Shown here: piece after piece, positions 10,443 to 24,330 of the stretch
Position numbering within the stretch: the first letter of the stretch is position 1
Layout of the letters: each line of letters begins with the position of its first letter
Origin: Vicugna vicugna
Lineage: Eukaryota
DNA length: 64,000 nucleotides
Reading direction: 5' to 3'
NCBI GenBank assembly: GCA_013265495.1
Contig: MU058423.1
Location: 5,190,745-5,254,744 of the forward strand
Program-made: the position numbers and the translations under genes
Notes under the pieces: model-generated
Seen by the model: the letters and a program-made list of their open reading frames with translations, nothing else
Told to the model about the DNA's origin: nothing
Databases searched by the model: none

Positions 10443-13094
10443 TATTTATTTTAAGAAAATAGAGAGTAATAACTCAGCAATTTATAGATGCCTATGCAAC
10501 TTCATAGTTTAATTCAATGCTGATATATATACTGGGGTATAATAGAAAAAAAGTTCATTGCTCAGTTAAGTTATGAATTTTTCATATCTGTTACCAGACC
10601 CTACTCAATTAAGTAATCACTTTTGATGACAAGTTAAGCAATTTTTAAAATCGCTATTCAGTGTACTAGCAATATATTAAAATTCTAAGAGTACAGCTCT
10701 CAACATCTGCAGGTATAGTCCATGAGATACTATTTACAATAAAGACTGGACTCACTGTCTCTCAAATCCACTATTTCTTTAGCAATAGTGATCTATAAGG
10801 TGGATTATGGAATTTCTTTTAAATTTAATACTTCTGTACGTGGCATTCCAAAAAAGTAGTAACTTAATGAAAAAAAAATCCCAAAGAGGAAAATATCCAT
10901 TTTTAAAAGAATTAGTCATATATACTGACATTATATGGCTATTTGGGTATCCACTGAAATCTGAGTCACAGATAAAAAATTGATGTTTCTATCCTGTTCC
11001 TAATAAAATAGATTCACATTTAGTAAACTGAACAATATCCAAGAGAATCCTGCACTGTTGTTAGGACACTAATACTATGGCTAAGACTAGTAAATAGCAC
11101 ACTGTTTTAGAGGCTTCTGGAAATTTCAGGCATAGGGGCTGCCTTTCATTATTACCATTCACAAACAACAGACTGTCAAATGTGAGGAAAATTATGGTGG
11201 TAAAAAGCAGGTGATTTTTAAAGAACCAATATAAATTTTTGAAAGTGTTATCATTGGGTATATGCCTTATAAATCCATGTGTGTTGACCATTATTAATAA
11301 AATTAATAATAATTTTAAAATAATCTGTATTGTGACACTTTATGGCACACTTACGGTAATGTGGTTAAAAGTGACCAACTAATTAACATTGCATCATATC
11401 TTCCTAGAAGGGAGATTTTCTAGGAGAGGAGTTTTATACGGGAGGAAAAAAAAGGCCTTTAAGTAAGAAATTATTATGGTCAGAATACTTGTGTAAAAAA
11501 AGATCTGTAATCATTTCTCTACATGCTTAACAAGTGAGGTTTCCGAATTCAGTTCATCCTTATTATTGTTAAACATCACCCCAAGAATCCACAGTGCCCT
11601 TTCCCATTCATCTGTGAGCCCAACATTCACGTGTATCATTATTATAATTCAAATTAATTAGTTTATTTTAATTATAATCAATACACTAAGGAGAAGTTTG
11701 AGATAGCTGATACAATTTATCACCAATTCTAGAAGCATTCGTCTCTCTTTTGGCGGTGGTGCTGTCTCTGGAATGCCCCCGCCTGCCTGGCAGCAACCTG
11801 TCAGGGTCATTCTGATTGCTGTTGGCAGGGACATGAGATGACAGTTTTTCCTCCACTCCTGATAAGTGTATGCTTGCCGTGTAATCACACCCACGAGGTC
11901 TTGCCTTAGTGTCCACCTATAACTTCATCAAATATGACAATATTTAGCATAAATATATTATAGCCATACATACACATGAATCAAACACAGCATCATATGG
12001 GGATGACAAGAAGTTTAAATGACAGCCCCCTTTGAAATGCCATGCTGCATGAGGCTACACAGGTGCCCGTGTTGGGCGAAAACCCTCCTCTTATTGTTAA
12101 GGATACTTGAGTGATGCTTAAAAACTGGTAGAGTGGAAAATAACTTCAGAGGCATGAGAGGATCTTCCCCAAGGGTAATATTTAAAAATCAGTGATTCTG
12201 AAATATTCTAGGCTTTGTGGTGGCATGGGATTTTTCTATATTAAGTTATTAACAAAAACCTGCACTGGATGCACTCAAATATATAACTCTCCTCTGATGC
12301 TGTACTAGCATATACTTATATTTTAAAGCTCTGCACTGGGAACCTGACCCTGTTTTTATTGATAAATCTTTTATTCTTCTCTCATGAATTATTCAAGAAT
12401 TGTGCCAGGCGAGTTTATCCCCAGTGAGTGAAAAGGAGATCCTTAAATCATATACCATCATTTCTTTTAATAAAAAACCAAACTCTTTTAAAAAAATCTT
12501 ATATTGATAAAACTGTATGTGTTTTGGTGACTTGTCATTGTTTACTGCTGAAATAAAATTCTAATTTGAAATGTATTTGATTCATTGAATCGATCTTAAA
12601 TGAGTTGACTTTCTCATGCTATTGGTCAATACCAAAAGAGGATGGCGCCATTAGAAATGTGTAACCTGTCACACTGATATGTCACAGTCAGTACCGCTCC
12701 GAGAAGAGAGAGAACTGAAACCACTAAAGACTGTGTAACTGCACGATAAGGAAGAGACAGAAAGATACTCACTGGTGATAAGGGCTGAAAAATGGCCAGG
12801 AATAAGGCACTGATCTTTGGCCTCCTGACTGCATGTGCATTAAAATGAGAGATAAAAGTTATCAGATAGGACATATTTAAAAAAGAAAAAAAAAGCTAAA
12901 TTAGCTTTAGAGAGATTAAATGCAACCTTATTAAGCAACTGACTGACTACAGAAAGTATTTGACACTAAGTTAAATACATTTGAATATTTTATCATGAAA
13001 CTAGAAGAAGGAAAACAGCCAAAAATACGTTTTAATGGGGGAACACTTTGAGCCTTAATTCTTCATCTGTGTATCCAGTTTCCTTTTTTATTGA

Positions 13095-13240
13095 TTTTAG
13101 ACTATCAGAAATGGAATGAAACCTTAAAACACCTCTCATTTTACAGGAGAGGAAACTGAAGACTCTATGTGACAATCTCCAAAACCAATTTGTTATCAGG
13201 AGTGCCCAGATTAGAAAGAAGTTTTTCAGGTTCAATCCAT
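13095..13240 (-). mobile_element. MIR/MIR3 SINE
   Basis: ctcattttacaggagaggaaactgaagact antisense core. Confidence 0.7.
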
Positions 13241-13831
13241 GTTAAATATTCTCTACAGTATTTTTTTTCTTATTTGTGACTTTTTCCTTAAATGTATATT
13301 ATCTATACATTGTTTAATATATATGCATCTGGATTTCCATTTGTATACAATGTATTTATTCACATTAAAGACATTATATATTATAATTTTTAAGTGAAAC
13401 AGTTTTGTATGAATGAAGAATCAGTAATATGGTCAATTTTCCAGTAAAGTATAAGAATAATTCTCCTAGGAAATATCTATAGTTCTATGTATTCATAGTG
13501 CAAATATGCCTTAATATTAGAAATGTTTGAATTTCAACCACTTATCTATATAGCAAAATTTAATATATCAAAAGCTATTTTCCTATTAACTCCCTTTAAA
13601 TAGACACAATTTCTATTCTATATGCTCACCAGAATAGACATAGTGTCAGGCTCTATTTTCCATAACTCATATTATAAGATCATTTGTATTACAGATGGCA
13701 TTAAATGCTTTCTAAATGTACATACTGTCCCCTCTTCCATGTCCTCTCTCAGAAAAACCGAAACCTCCTTAGATACACTGACCTGCCCTCCCCCCCCCAA
13801 TTCCTCTAGCAGGTGCAACCTACTCTTTAAA

Positions 13832-13874
13832 GGAGGAGGAGGAGAAGGAGGAAAACAAGAGGGAGGAGGAGGAG
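13832..13874. repeat. (GGA)n purine-rich tract
   Basis: ggaggaggaggagaaggaggaaaacaagagggaggaggaggaga. Confidence 0.85.
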
Positions 13875-13949
13875 ATATTGATAAGGTGATCGCTGATGCT
13901 TTCTTGGGACTACACTGAGGATGATTTTATGTAACTGGCTTTGAAAAAC

Positions 13950-14471
13950 AATGTTGCGTTCTTCTGCTGAAGCCATTACCCACTTTTTTCCATATTAGCA
14001 GAATGTGCATTTTAAGGAGTTGCATCTATCCCACTCCCATGTGATTTATGATTATGTTCTCATGAGTCTAAGTTAATTATGGTAATCTCATTCAGGCTCC
14101 CCTCTTGACTTCCATGGGCACTTTGCCTCTGTGGGCCTGCTGGGAAACATTTCCTTCCTCATAAAAGATAGATTATAAGAAGAAATAATCAACCCTTTCC
14201 CACTAGGCATGTTAGTACCTGCTCCTGGATTATGGACACATGCTTGACCGTGAGGGCTAAGCCATAAGAAAAGTCAACAGATTTTGAATGACTCTGGGTA
14301 GATGGAGGAAATCCATATCTTTGATAATACTGATGAGTTCCTCAAATCAGCTACCCCTGGGACAAAAATATAACATGATGTTTGAGTGTGTGAAATAATA
14401 CATACCTCATATTTTAAGACAGAAAAATCAGATTTTTAAATTTTCATTCTGAAAATGTCTTAATTGATTCA
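13950..14471 (+). mobile_element. MaLR LTR (MLT1J-like)
   Basis: ctgggaaacatttccttcctcataaaag, tgaccgtgagggctaag and the end tgaaaatgtcttaattgattca resemble MLT1J/K. Confidence 0.6.
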
Positions 14472-14849
14472 AAGCCTGGGGCATTTGAACTTAATTTTAC
14501 AGGCATGAGAAAGCAATCAATTTTTATAAATGGGGAAACAATCTAACAAAGATAACATTTCAGAAAGATAAATCTAGCAGAGTGCATGTGAAGGACTTAG
14601 AGACAGAAAAGATCTGTCACTTGGGTAAGAGAATATTACCTGAAGCCAAAAAAGTTTTTTAATAAAAAATTTGTCATTTAATAAAACTTTCCAAGCATGT
14701 AAGAATACGAGACCATATGGACAATAAATAAAAGATAGAGTGAAAGCACACCCACAGGTGAGCCAGCTGTTTAAGTCAGGACAAAAGGACTGTGAAAGGC
14801 TGGTATGTTCACATAGGAAAATATACAGAAAAAAAATGGATGAAAGTAA

Positions 14850-15500
14850 CAAAGAATTAAAATTCACAAAATTAAGCAGTTTATCTAAAACTGAGAAAAT
14901 ATGAATTTAAGAACAGTTTGGGTAAGTTTAATACAGATTAGACATAGCAAAATATAGAATTGCTAAACTGAAATATATTTTGATAGAAAATACAGAAATT
15001 AAAACATGGAAAGAAAATATGAAAAGAATATAAGAAAAATATGGGGCAAAATTTAAAAAGCTAACAGATAATCGGGGGCCCAGATGAAGCAGGGAAACCT
15101 AATGAGCATAAACGATATGAAAAAAGATAAGGCTAAGTATTTTTTGAAATGGAAGAAACCTATCAACTCACAGATTCAAGGTAAGGTCAGTGAATCCCAG
15201 GAGGCATATTTGAACCACAACGTATCATGGCATATCACAGTGAAACTGCCAAATATCAAAGATGACAATAAGATCTTCAAGTAACAACAACAATAAAAAG
15301 ATACACTATCTGAAAGGTGGAAGTGTAAGACTGACTGCTGACTTTACAACAGACAACGGAAGCCTGAGGACAACCGAGCAACTTTTTGTGGGGAAGATAC
15401 TACGGCTGACTTAAAATATACAGCAAAGACAAACTTCAAAAATAAAGTTGTAATAAAGATGTTTTCAGACAAACACGAACTAAATTTATTTCAAGTCTAT
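14850..15500 (+). mobile_element. Ancient L1 ORF1 (or HAL1) remnant
   Basis: ORF1-like peptides: INSQIQ...WHITVKLPNIKDDNKIFK, gtaagactgactgctgacttt (VRLTADF), ataaagatgttttcagac (IKMFSD). Confidence 0.75.
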
Positions 15501-16604
15501 TAAACAGTACTCCTCCTCCTCTCACTTTCCCCAATTCTCTTGCAGAAGTGAAGTCACCCAGGCAGCAGAACCCTAATCAAGCCAAGGTCAAATGTACAAG
15601 TGATCTCCCATAAGCAGTAAGGTTCAAGTTACCTACTGCACTTAGGAATCAGAGGCTCTGTGCATTCAGACTCAGGGCTCAAGAGCTGAGGACCTTAGCC
15701 ATGAACTCGCTTAGCACTACCTTCTGTGAAGTATCCTCTAAAACGAACTGCCCAGCTAGCCTTTGGACTTCTTGAGGATTGGGAGCATATCTTATTTGCT
15801 GTTGTGTTCTTTGAATGAATCAATTACTGGGCATTCTGAGCTATTTGTAAATGACTTAGGACAACATAGTAAATAAGGAAGAAAACAAGACATCCTTGAC
15901 CAACCATGGAGGCTAAGACTGCTGAGGAACACGTAATATTCCTAAATACTTAAACTGAAAAGATTTAACCTTCCATACGGTGCAGAAACAGCAAATTCTT
16001 GGAAAGAAAAGGATGATGGCTACAGTTTCTTGCAAATAAATCCCCAAGTCACATGTGCAGGAGGCCTTTAAGGATATATCCTCTATACATACAATCTATA
16101 CATTTAATTTGATTACAAAGATATTCATGCTTCTGTAGAAATTTGGGTAATACGGGAAAAGATTATAAAAAAGCAAAAATCTAGTAAAAGTCCGGCATGC
16201 AGAAAAAAAAAACCAACCTACAACGAACCTTTATTTATGCATCATCCTAGGTAAGTGTTTTCAAGTATATATGCATTTACTCTGATTTTTTTCTGTTTGA
16301 TTTGTACCTGTTTCCTTCTTATGAAGGGGATATGTCTCTATTTTATTAGGGGTCACTTTTATAACTTTAAGTAGTTTTTCTATTACTCTGTGTATAATTA
16401 TTATGATTATTTCACTGTTAAGCATTACTATGATACAGGGTCATAATGTTTAGAACTTAGCAATGTAACTGCTTTGTGTGTACATGTAATGAAGAATAAC
16501 TAGTATCACCAGCAGGCTTGTGCTGGTGTTAGGCTGTGCAACACTTCTGTTTTTAAAAATGTTTTTAGATAGACGTTTCCTTGAGCATTCTCATCTCACT
16601 GCCT

Positions 16605-17300
16605 GTGTGCTGAGAAATTTGGCCTCATCCAAAGAGAGGCCTGACCTTTGTCCTTGGCTTCTGGAAAATAATCTCTAAACCCTTAAAATTTTCATGATAG
16701 AAGTGTCTTGTTATTCATGTGGGCCCCCATGACCGTATGTGATATTTTGTGCTAACAAGATGACTCAGGTTGAGGCCAGCCATACCCAATATTCTTAGGG
16801 TGCATACAGGCATATAAAAAGAACAAGAAACCACATGCAACTGATCAATCAATTACACCTAACTAATAAAACCTTAATAAAACCTCTGGACTCAAAGCTC
16901 TGATGAGCTTTTCAGTTTGGCACTACTCCACACATACGGTCACACATCAATTCTGAGAGAGTAAAGCATCCTGAGGACAATGGAAGGTTCACATTTGGTA
17001 CCTTTTCACACTCTGCCTTATGCATCCCTTCCTTTGCCGATTTTCTGTGTCCCTTTCCTATAATCAGCATAGCCTAATAGCTTTCAGTTAGTTCTGTCTA
17101 ACTAGTGGATTATCAAACTGGAGGGTGGTTCTGGGAAACTCTCCAACTTGTGGGTGGTACCAGAAGTGAGGGTGATCTTGGGCAAATCTTTTCCTCTAAT
17201 TTTATATTTGGGCCCTAACTCCTTACAATGGGGGTCCTGGGCAGACTTGATAGTCTGGGGGACTGTGCCCTCAACCTCACTGTTTGCCTAACTTGGGGCA
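16605..17300 (+). mobile_element. MER77/MER21-like ERV LTR
   Basis: aatttggcctcatccaaagagaggcctgacctttgtccttggcttctgg; aataaaacctctggactcaaagctctgatgagcttt; attatcaaactggagggtggttctggg. Confidence 0.75.
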
Positions 17301-17591
17301 CTGTCTCATCCATTATTTCCACCCAGGGAGTTGGACTGCTTTAAATGCTTACTTAGGAATATTAATTTTAGAAAAATAGCAAAACAATCATTTTATGTTT
17401 AAATGTGCTCTTTAAAAATTAGACAAAAGGTATGATTTATTTTTTTGTAACCTAGCCTTTAATGTGGGGCAAATGTAATAGCACCTATTATGGGTAATTA
17501 CCCTATGAAGCTGGATCAGTAATCTCAGGGTTGAGGATATTCAATGTAAATAATAGTAATAATAAATATATATACTAGCCTTCTAGAATTT

Positions 17592-17762
17592 ACTTTTATA
17601 TTTTTATTGAAGTATAGTTGATTTACAATGTTGTGCTAGTTTCAGGTGGACAGCAAAGTGATTCATTTATACATATACATATATATATTCTTTTCAGCTT
17701 CTTTTCCATGATAGGTTATTACAAGATATTGGATATAGTTCCCTGTGCTACACAGTAGGTCC
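17592..17762 (-). mobile_element. Short LINE-1 3'-terminal fragment
   Basis: tttttattgaagtatagttgatttacaatgttgtg...atagttccctgtgctacacagtaggtcc. Confidence 0.9.
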
Positions 17763-19282
17763 AACTAAAATAAAATACATTTTAATTTATAATTTTTCCT
17801 TTTTGTGTCCTATCCATATTCTCACCCCAAGTGTAGTAAAGTGCCATACATATTATGGATTATATACATATATATAAAGTTCCATGAACCACTTGAGCTA
17901 TTGCACCATAGGCAGGTGCTGAGAGATGAGACCCCTTGGGATGTGAGTGATGTGGTCCCCGAAGAAATTTTAGAGGTTTAAGTTGGAGGTATGCATCCTG
18001 GACATTTACCAGCCACTGCTCTCCCATCTGAGAGTCTTCTGATTGTTCTCTGTCAGGAGTCTTTGGAGGGTCTTGTGATTTGAGTTCATGAAAATGTAGG
18101 TAAGGTAAGAGTAAGCTTTCACAATTCCTTTGGAATATAAGAGGCATAGAAGATAAAGATGACACAGTGAGCAAAAGTGACTTGTCGGTTTCTTTGTAGG
18201 TCTTTATACGTAACGAGCTACACTAAACCACTGCTGTGAATCAGTTTTTAAAAGATTTTACCATTATGTAGGCATAATCATGTTCACGCCTTCAAGTCTT
18301 ATTTTTATTATACCACTTACATATATTTACTTTTTCATTTTTGCTTGCTGTATTGACTTTTAAGAAAGAAAACAAAGAAACATCAAAACATATCAAATCA
18401 GTACAATTTTAATAACATCACGAAATTTTAGAAAAAGTCCAAAATGTTTCTAGGATTTTTTTTAAATAGCAAACATTCACTAATTAACTATTCCTCATGT
18501 TGGAAGTATTTGATTTGACGCATGGGTTTTCTTTGTTCTTAGTCATTTATAGTATGCAAGGCCAGGAATAGAATGACATTTGCATCAAATGCATTTATGT
18601 TAGTAAACAAGACAATTTACTTGTTATTATCTACCATGTAATCACTCTTTTCTTGTACATTATTCCCATGGGAGGATGTTGATTTAGCATAATATTTTTT
18701 AAAATATTAATCAATGTCTCACATTAAAATCCTCCTAAGTCTCTCATTTTACCAAGTCACTTCTACTAAAACAGTGTTTGTGATAAAGTGGAAAGATTAG
18801 ACTATGTATTAGAATACTTGGTTAGGTGATTAATCTCCTTATTTTTCTTCACATCTATAAAATATTCATTCAAATAGTTACCTGACACACCAAATTTACT
18901 GTGAAATCAAAGCTGAATAAAACATGAAAAGCTCTTTTTAAGCTGCTATAAGTATCTTAAAATAGCATCAATGTTTTTGTCAAATTATACTTGTATCAAA
19001 AAACCAAAACATAAAAATATTCCCCTTTGATCATATATGTCATATCTTAACTCCTAATCCCAACATATAAGATACTGTAAAATCAGACTTTATCTTTACT
19101 TAACACCTAGAAGAAAACTTCTACAGTTTTTTCAATTCATTCATGCACCCATCATCTATCCATTCATAAAACAAATAATTTATAAGATCCATTTATGATC
19201 TCAGGGCGTATTGCAGATCCTGAAGGAATAATTGTAAACAATATACTGTTTCTGTTTCAACGCTATATTGGTCTTGAGTAGA

Positions 19283-19858
19283 TGTATCAGTTATCTACAG
19301 CAACAGCAATGCTGCATAACAACCAACCTTAAAGCCCCTTGGGGCATACTACCATAAACATTAATTTTAGTTTATTACTGCAGAGGTCAGCAGGGTGACT
19401 ACTAATATGGGACAGAGTTAGCTCATCTCAGCTAGTATCTCCTGTGTGTTTGTAGTTACCTGGCAAGTGACCTAGGGAATAGCTGCTCTGAAATGACCTT
19501 AGGTAGGACAACTTATCTCTATATCATGTCATCTCTCATCCTCCAGCAGACTAGCCTCCACTGATATAACAGTCTAAGCAGACACCCAAGAGAAGCCTAT
19601 CCTGGGCACGTCCTCATGGTGAAATGAAGGCAAAGGACAGAGACAGAAGGAGGAAAATGTGCAAGGCCTTTTGAGAACAGGTCTTAGAACTGATGTATTT
19701 TGACAACAGCCTCATTCTATCAACTAAATAAATCATAAGAACAGTATTCAAAGGATGGGAAAGTAGACTCCACTTCTTGATGAAAAGAGCTGTAAAATCA
19801 TATTGAAAGCCTGTGAGTACAGGGTGGGTTGGAGATTTGGAGCAATAGATCTCCCACA
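19283..19858 (-). mobile_element. MaLR LTR (MLT1H-like)
   Basis: Begins tgtatcagttatcta...atgctgcataacaacc; contains ctctcatcctccagcagactagcc and aagtagactccacttcttgatg; ends ctcccaca (TG...CA termini). Confidence 0.8.
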
Positions 19859-19959
19859 GTAAGAGACACAAATAAATGAACACATGATATAGTGCAAATG
19901 CTTCATATTCTCTCCAGCTTTTATCTCCAACTTTATCTATCTTTCTCTTTGTTCAAATT

Positions 19960-20430
19960 GTTCTCAATGGTGTTTTAAACTATTAATTACTCTCTCCCTT
20001 CTATCTTTTGTCTCTCCCTCTCTGTTGGCAGCTCACTGAGAACTTGGTCTCTCCTCTCCTAAAACAGTCTAATAAGCAACTTCTTTTCCTCCTCAAGCTC
20101 TCACTATATACCATTCCTTTTACTATCAAATTCTGGCAAACTGTTCTTGAGCACCTATTATATTTCTGATATTCTACATATAATTTTTTTAGATTTGCTT
20201 TTTCTGCTTGCAAACCACACATTTTCTCCCCAACCTGTGCAGTTTATCTTCAGTCCCTACCACTCTACTACCAGTATTTGCAGTGATCTCCACATCCTAG
20301 TCCACGGTTTATGACTTTATTGCTGACACCTTCACTTTCTTGAAACTGCATCTTTTGGTCCTTTACTGCCTCTACTTATTCCATGAGCATTAATTCTCAA
20401 TTCATCACCTGACTTTCTCTTATTCTCCAA
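19960..20430 (+). mobile_element. L2 fragment
   Basis: C/T-rich degenerate L2 body (ccacattttctcccaacctgtgcagtttatcttcagtccctaccactctac). Confidence 0.5.
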
Positions 20431-21906
20431 GGGAAAAGAAATAACAAAATAAAATGTTGGAAGAAACAGGCACAGAAAATACAAGTGATAACTAAAGTTG
20501 CTTGCAATTTACTGATTTTAAAATGTACATATCGACTTAGTTTTTCCAAGTTTTGAGTACCTAGTACACATTAAATATTTTAAGGTTAGTTGGATAAAAA
20601 TTAAAATCCATCTTTTAAAGTTATGTGTTAAAGACTACTAAACTAAAAATATTTGGAAAGAATATTTTCCCTAGAAGAAGAAAATAAATTTTCTGATTCA
20701 GAGATTCAGTTTTACCTTGGAGTACATATTTACTTGGCTTAGGAGTTAATTATTCTGTCATGATATATCTATTTTATATTATTTTTAGTGTATCTTAATT
20801 TTACTCCATCTGTAATAAACACACCTACTATACTCAGTAAGAATCAGCAAGTGAAAAGAAAAAAAGGAAAGAATTTAAAACCTTAATGCTAATTTTATGG
20901 CATCATTGTATTACTTTCTTCTTGTACACAAACTAGATTCTGCTTATTTATTTAGTTTAAAATATACATATATATATATATTCATTAATTATGCTGGGAA
21001 GTGTTATTTTTATCTTCCCCTTTTAAAAGGAGTAAAATCTCTTACTGGGAGAATGGTTGGTAAATTGTGCTGAGAACTGCCCAAACGGCACGCTTTGGTA
21101 ACATGTACTTTCACCAAAAATTTTCTATGACAAATTCGTTGTTTAAACTTGTGCCTGTTCTTCCCCTGGGATTAGCACACAGATTGTGTGTTTTCAGTCT
21201 CAGCCAACTCTTGCATCTATCATTTGTCACAGTTGTTTTACCTTAGTCTTTTTATAGATTTTTGAATTGCCAAACTTGACAGGTGAAGATAAATACAAAT
21301 GTAAAATTTTGCAAAGAAATACATATTAACCAATAATTTTGAACCAAAGATTTTCATATTCAGAACAAGTTATTGTTGTATTTGATGTTATTAGAAAAAC
21401 ATTCTCAATACACTGATGAAAAGCAATCTAAAGAGAATGGTTATGGCTTTGTATTTTAAGACAATTTTCTCAGTGGTAAATGATAATAGTAACAATAACT
21501 TTATTCCAAGTTGTCAAGATACATCATCCTCACAACCAGGTATATTATTCACAAGACCTTCAATAGGTAAAGTGGTTCTGATGATTGCAGATGATTATTA
21601 TTTTTTTTTAATTCTAGGATGTCCTACGGCGTAAGTCGAAGAGGGGAAAAAAGGACAGTTGTCCCGATACTATAGTATGTTCTGAAGCACGTGTAAAGAT
21701 CAAAAATACAAAATCATCAATTTTGAATAAAGGATGAGAGAGTTATACTTGAATCACTATTGATTTGAATTGTAGAATGTTTTATAACAAATGAATTTTT
21801 AAGTTGTGTGCCAGGTACTAAACTATATGTAAATGAATCAAAGAAATAAGCAAAAATTCTAATTCTTGACTAATGGATGTTTACAGTCTAGCTAAAAGTA
21901 TCATAT

Positions 21907-22334
21907 TGTTGACTGGAAAAATGCACAATGTTTTGAATTTATTCAGTGTCTTACTGAGGGCTATAGTGAGGGAGACTTCTCAGATCACTCTGAGGGACTA
22001 CAGTGAAGGGACAGGAGCCAGTATATATGTGAATTTTTTGGTTGGGAAATACATATAGTGAAGCATACATCTTGGTAAAAGTTGCTGCTAGTTAGGAGGA
22101 TCAGATATCTCAGATTTTTAGTGCTTATCTATGCATGATGGGAAGATGCAAGAATCTAGGGTCATTGAAATTCTTCCTTAGATACGCATTTTAACCATCC
22201 AGGGACTCTTATAACCAAAACACAGAATGCTTCATTCTGAATTCCTTTAGGGTGTACTTGTAGGTCAGCGACTGCAGTGGCTAATGACTTGACCCTTATA
22301 GAATTTGAACAGCAGGCAATATTCTTTGTTTACA
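21907..22334 (-). mobile_element. ERV1-type solo LTR (MER41-like, laurasiatherian)
   Basis: TG...CA termini, near-TSD atat/agat, internal tgggaagatgcaagaatctagggtcattgaaattcttcctt and cagcgactgcagtggctaatgac. Confidence 0.75.
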
Positions 22335-22887
22335 AGATTATACAAAAACATTTAGGATTGAGTGGTGGTTTTTATTAAATGTTCAATGGATGAATAAATA
22401 AACACATCCAATGAAGAATTTAGGATTATCTGAAGACTGATTCTGATATTAGCGAGATAAAACTGTTCATAATTCAACATGGTTCTTTAAAACTGAAATT
22501 TTAACACACACACATTGATTTCGGAGATGAATCTATCTGGCCTTGGAGGTCTCCAGATTAAACAATAATACTGTTTCATTTGGTTGGTTCTCCAGGGAAC
22601 TATATTCAACTGTTCATATCCTATCATCTGCCTGTCACAATAAATTTCTTCGCTTCCTGGCATTTCTGAGTCCAATCCCCAGTTTGTAATTTTCTAAAGC
22701 TGCAGTTGTTCCTGCCTTAGTCCACTTCACTTAGAGTATTAGTCCTCCTGACTCCAATGATATTCTTGACTGCACCCTGCTCAGCACACCTTAATCTAAA
22801 CAAGACTTTACCTCCTCCCTGCTTAATCTTGGGCTTGCTTGACCCTCCTCCCCAGATAAACTAAAACTTCTGTCTGAGAATGAGTTG

Positions 22888-23053
22888 CTACTTGCTACTC
22901 AAAGTGTGGTCCCAGATCAGAAGAACCAGTATTATCTGGAAGCTGGTTAGAAATAAAGAATTTGAGGCCCCATCCAAGGCCTATTAAATCAGAATCTACA
23001 CATTAAAGAATCTTCATGTAATTTATTTAAATATTAAAGTTTCAGAAGCATTG
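22888..23053. mobile_element. MER5-type hAT-Charlie DNA transposon
   Basis: ctactcaaagtgtggtccc...ggttagaaat...aatcagaatct...aaagtttcagaagcattg. Confidence 0.85.
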
Positions 23054-24084
23054 AACTATGAGTTTGTTAGTTAAAAAAATTAAATTCTAATAATTTTTCT
23101 GTTAGATTAACAAAATCATCCTGTGCTATCCTGTATTATTTTTAAACTTTTAATTAAACTGAAGTGTATCTTCAATATACGAAGCAACTTATAATGTTTT
23201 AACAGAGGTCTTACTAAGAATAGAGAGAATCTTAAATGATCTCTGGAAATCAAAGAATGAAAATAAAGAGTATATGAGCTTTCTGTTCTAGGTGCACAGC
23301 TGCTTTGGACATTTTATAGGGAACTTGATGTCACAGGTGTATTATTCCATTAATTAATTCAGTAACTCATTAATTTGTAAGTATTTCAATGAATACTTAT
23401 TGAGAATCTACTGTGTTTTAGCTCTGTGTCCTTTGTGATGTGGCCTAATAAAGGTATAAAAATAGTGATTTGTATACATTTTTTCTGAGCTATTGTCAAA
23501 GAGAGATGAATTCTTGAATAACAGTATAAAAACTAATGTAAAGTTGCATAGTCAGCAGAAAATATATAATATTAAAACAATAATCATAACAACAAAAGAG
23601 ACAAAATTTTTATTTCACTACCTGTCCTTCCTAGTCCAGTGTGTTTTCCTCATGGTTTACTTAAGAGTTAAATAATTTAGGGGTATTTTAGTCCATAGAT
23701 TAATACTTCCTAGTGAACTTCCAATTGACAGTGGGAAAAAAAAATAGTAAGTGCAATGGATAAAGGAATAAAATCAAAATCACTGAGCATTCAATGCCTT
23801 CTCAAAAAGCATCTGAAAGCAACTAGTCACTGAATTTTGTTTTACACATTCATTTGACAATGTTATTAGCATGTCTATAAATGCTAATAATAGAAAAAGT
23901 GAAACTTTATTTTCAGGTAAAGAAGATAAATTTATTTGCTCCAATATATATATTATATTCTATTTATTTGTTTTACATTGCATATGTGTGTGTGAGTGTG
24001 TGAGTGAGAGTGAAATAGACAGTAAGACCGAGAAAGGGCAAGAGATGGAGAGCAAGAGAGAGAAGAGCCTTAAGAAGTGGAAAT

Positions 24085-24330
24085 ATACATGTTAATTTTT
24101 TTTTACCATGTACCTACTACGTTACTATACACTTTCCCAGGCTCTAGGAATTTTACAAACATTAACTCATCCTCACAAGGAACCCATGACATAAATAACA
24201 CCATCAACCCTGTATTTCAGATGAGGAAATTGAGGCTCAGAAAGGCAAAATTATGCAGTAAAGGTCATAGAGATTGTAAATGTCACTCCAGGATTCAGAT
24301 TCCAGATTTGTGAGAGTCCAAAGCTTTCTC
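24085..24330 (-). mobile_element. MIR SINE
   Basis: tttcagatgaggaaattgaggctcagaaagg antisense core. Confidence 0.85.

Noticed and set aside
17860..18174. 104-aa protein-like minus-strand ORF
   Set aside because: Non-ATG start, weak acceptor, no recognisable homology; part may be an old repeat.
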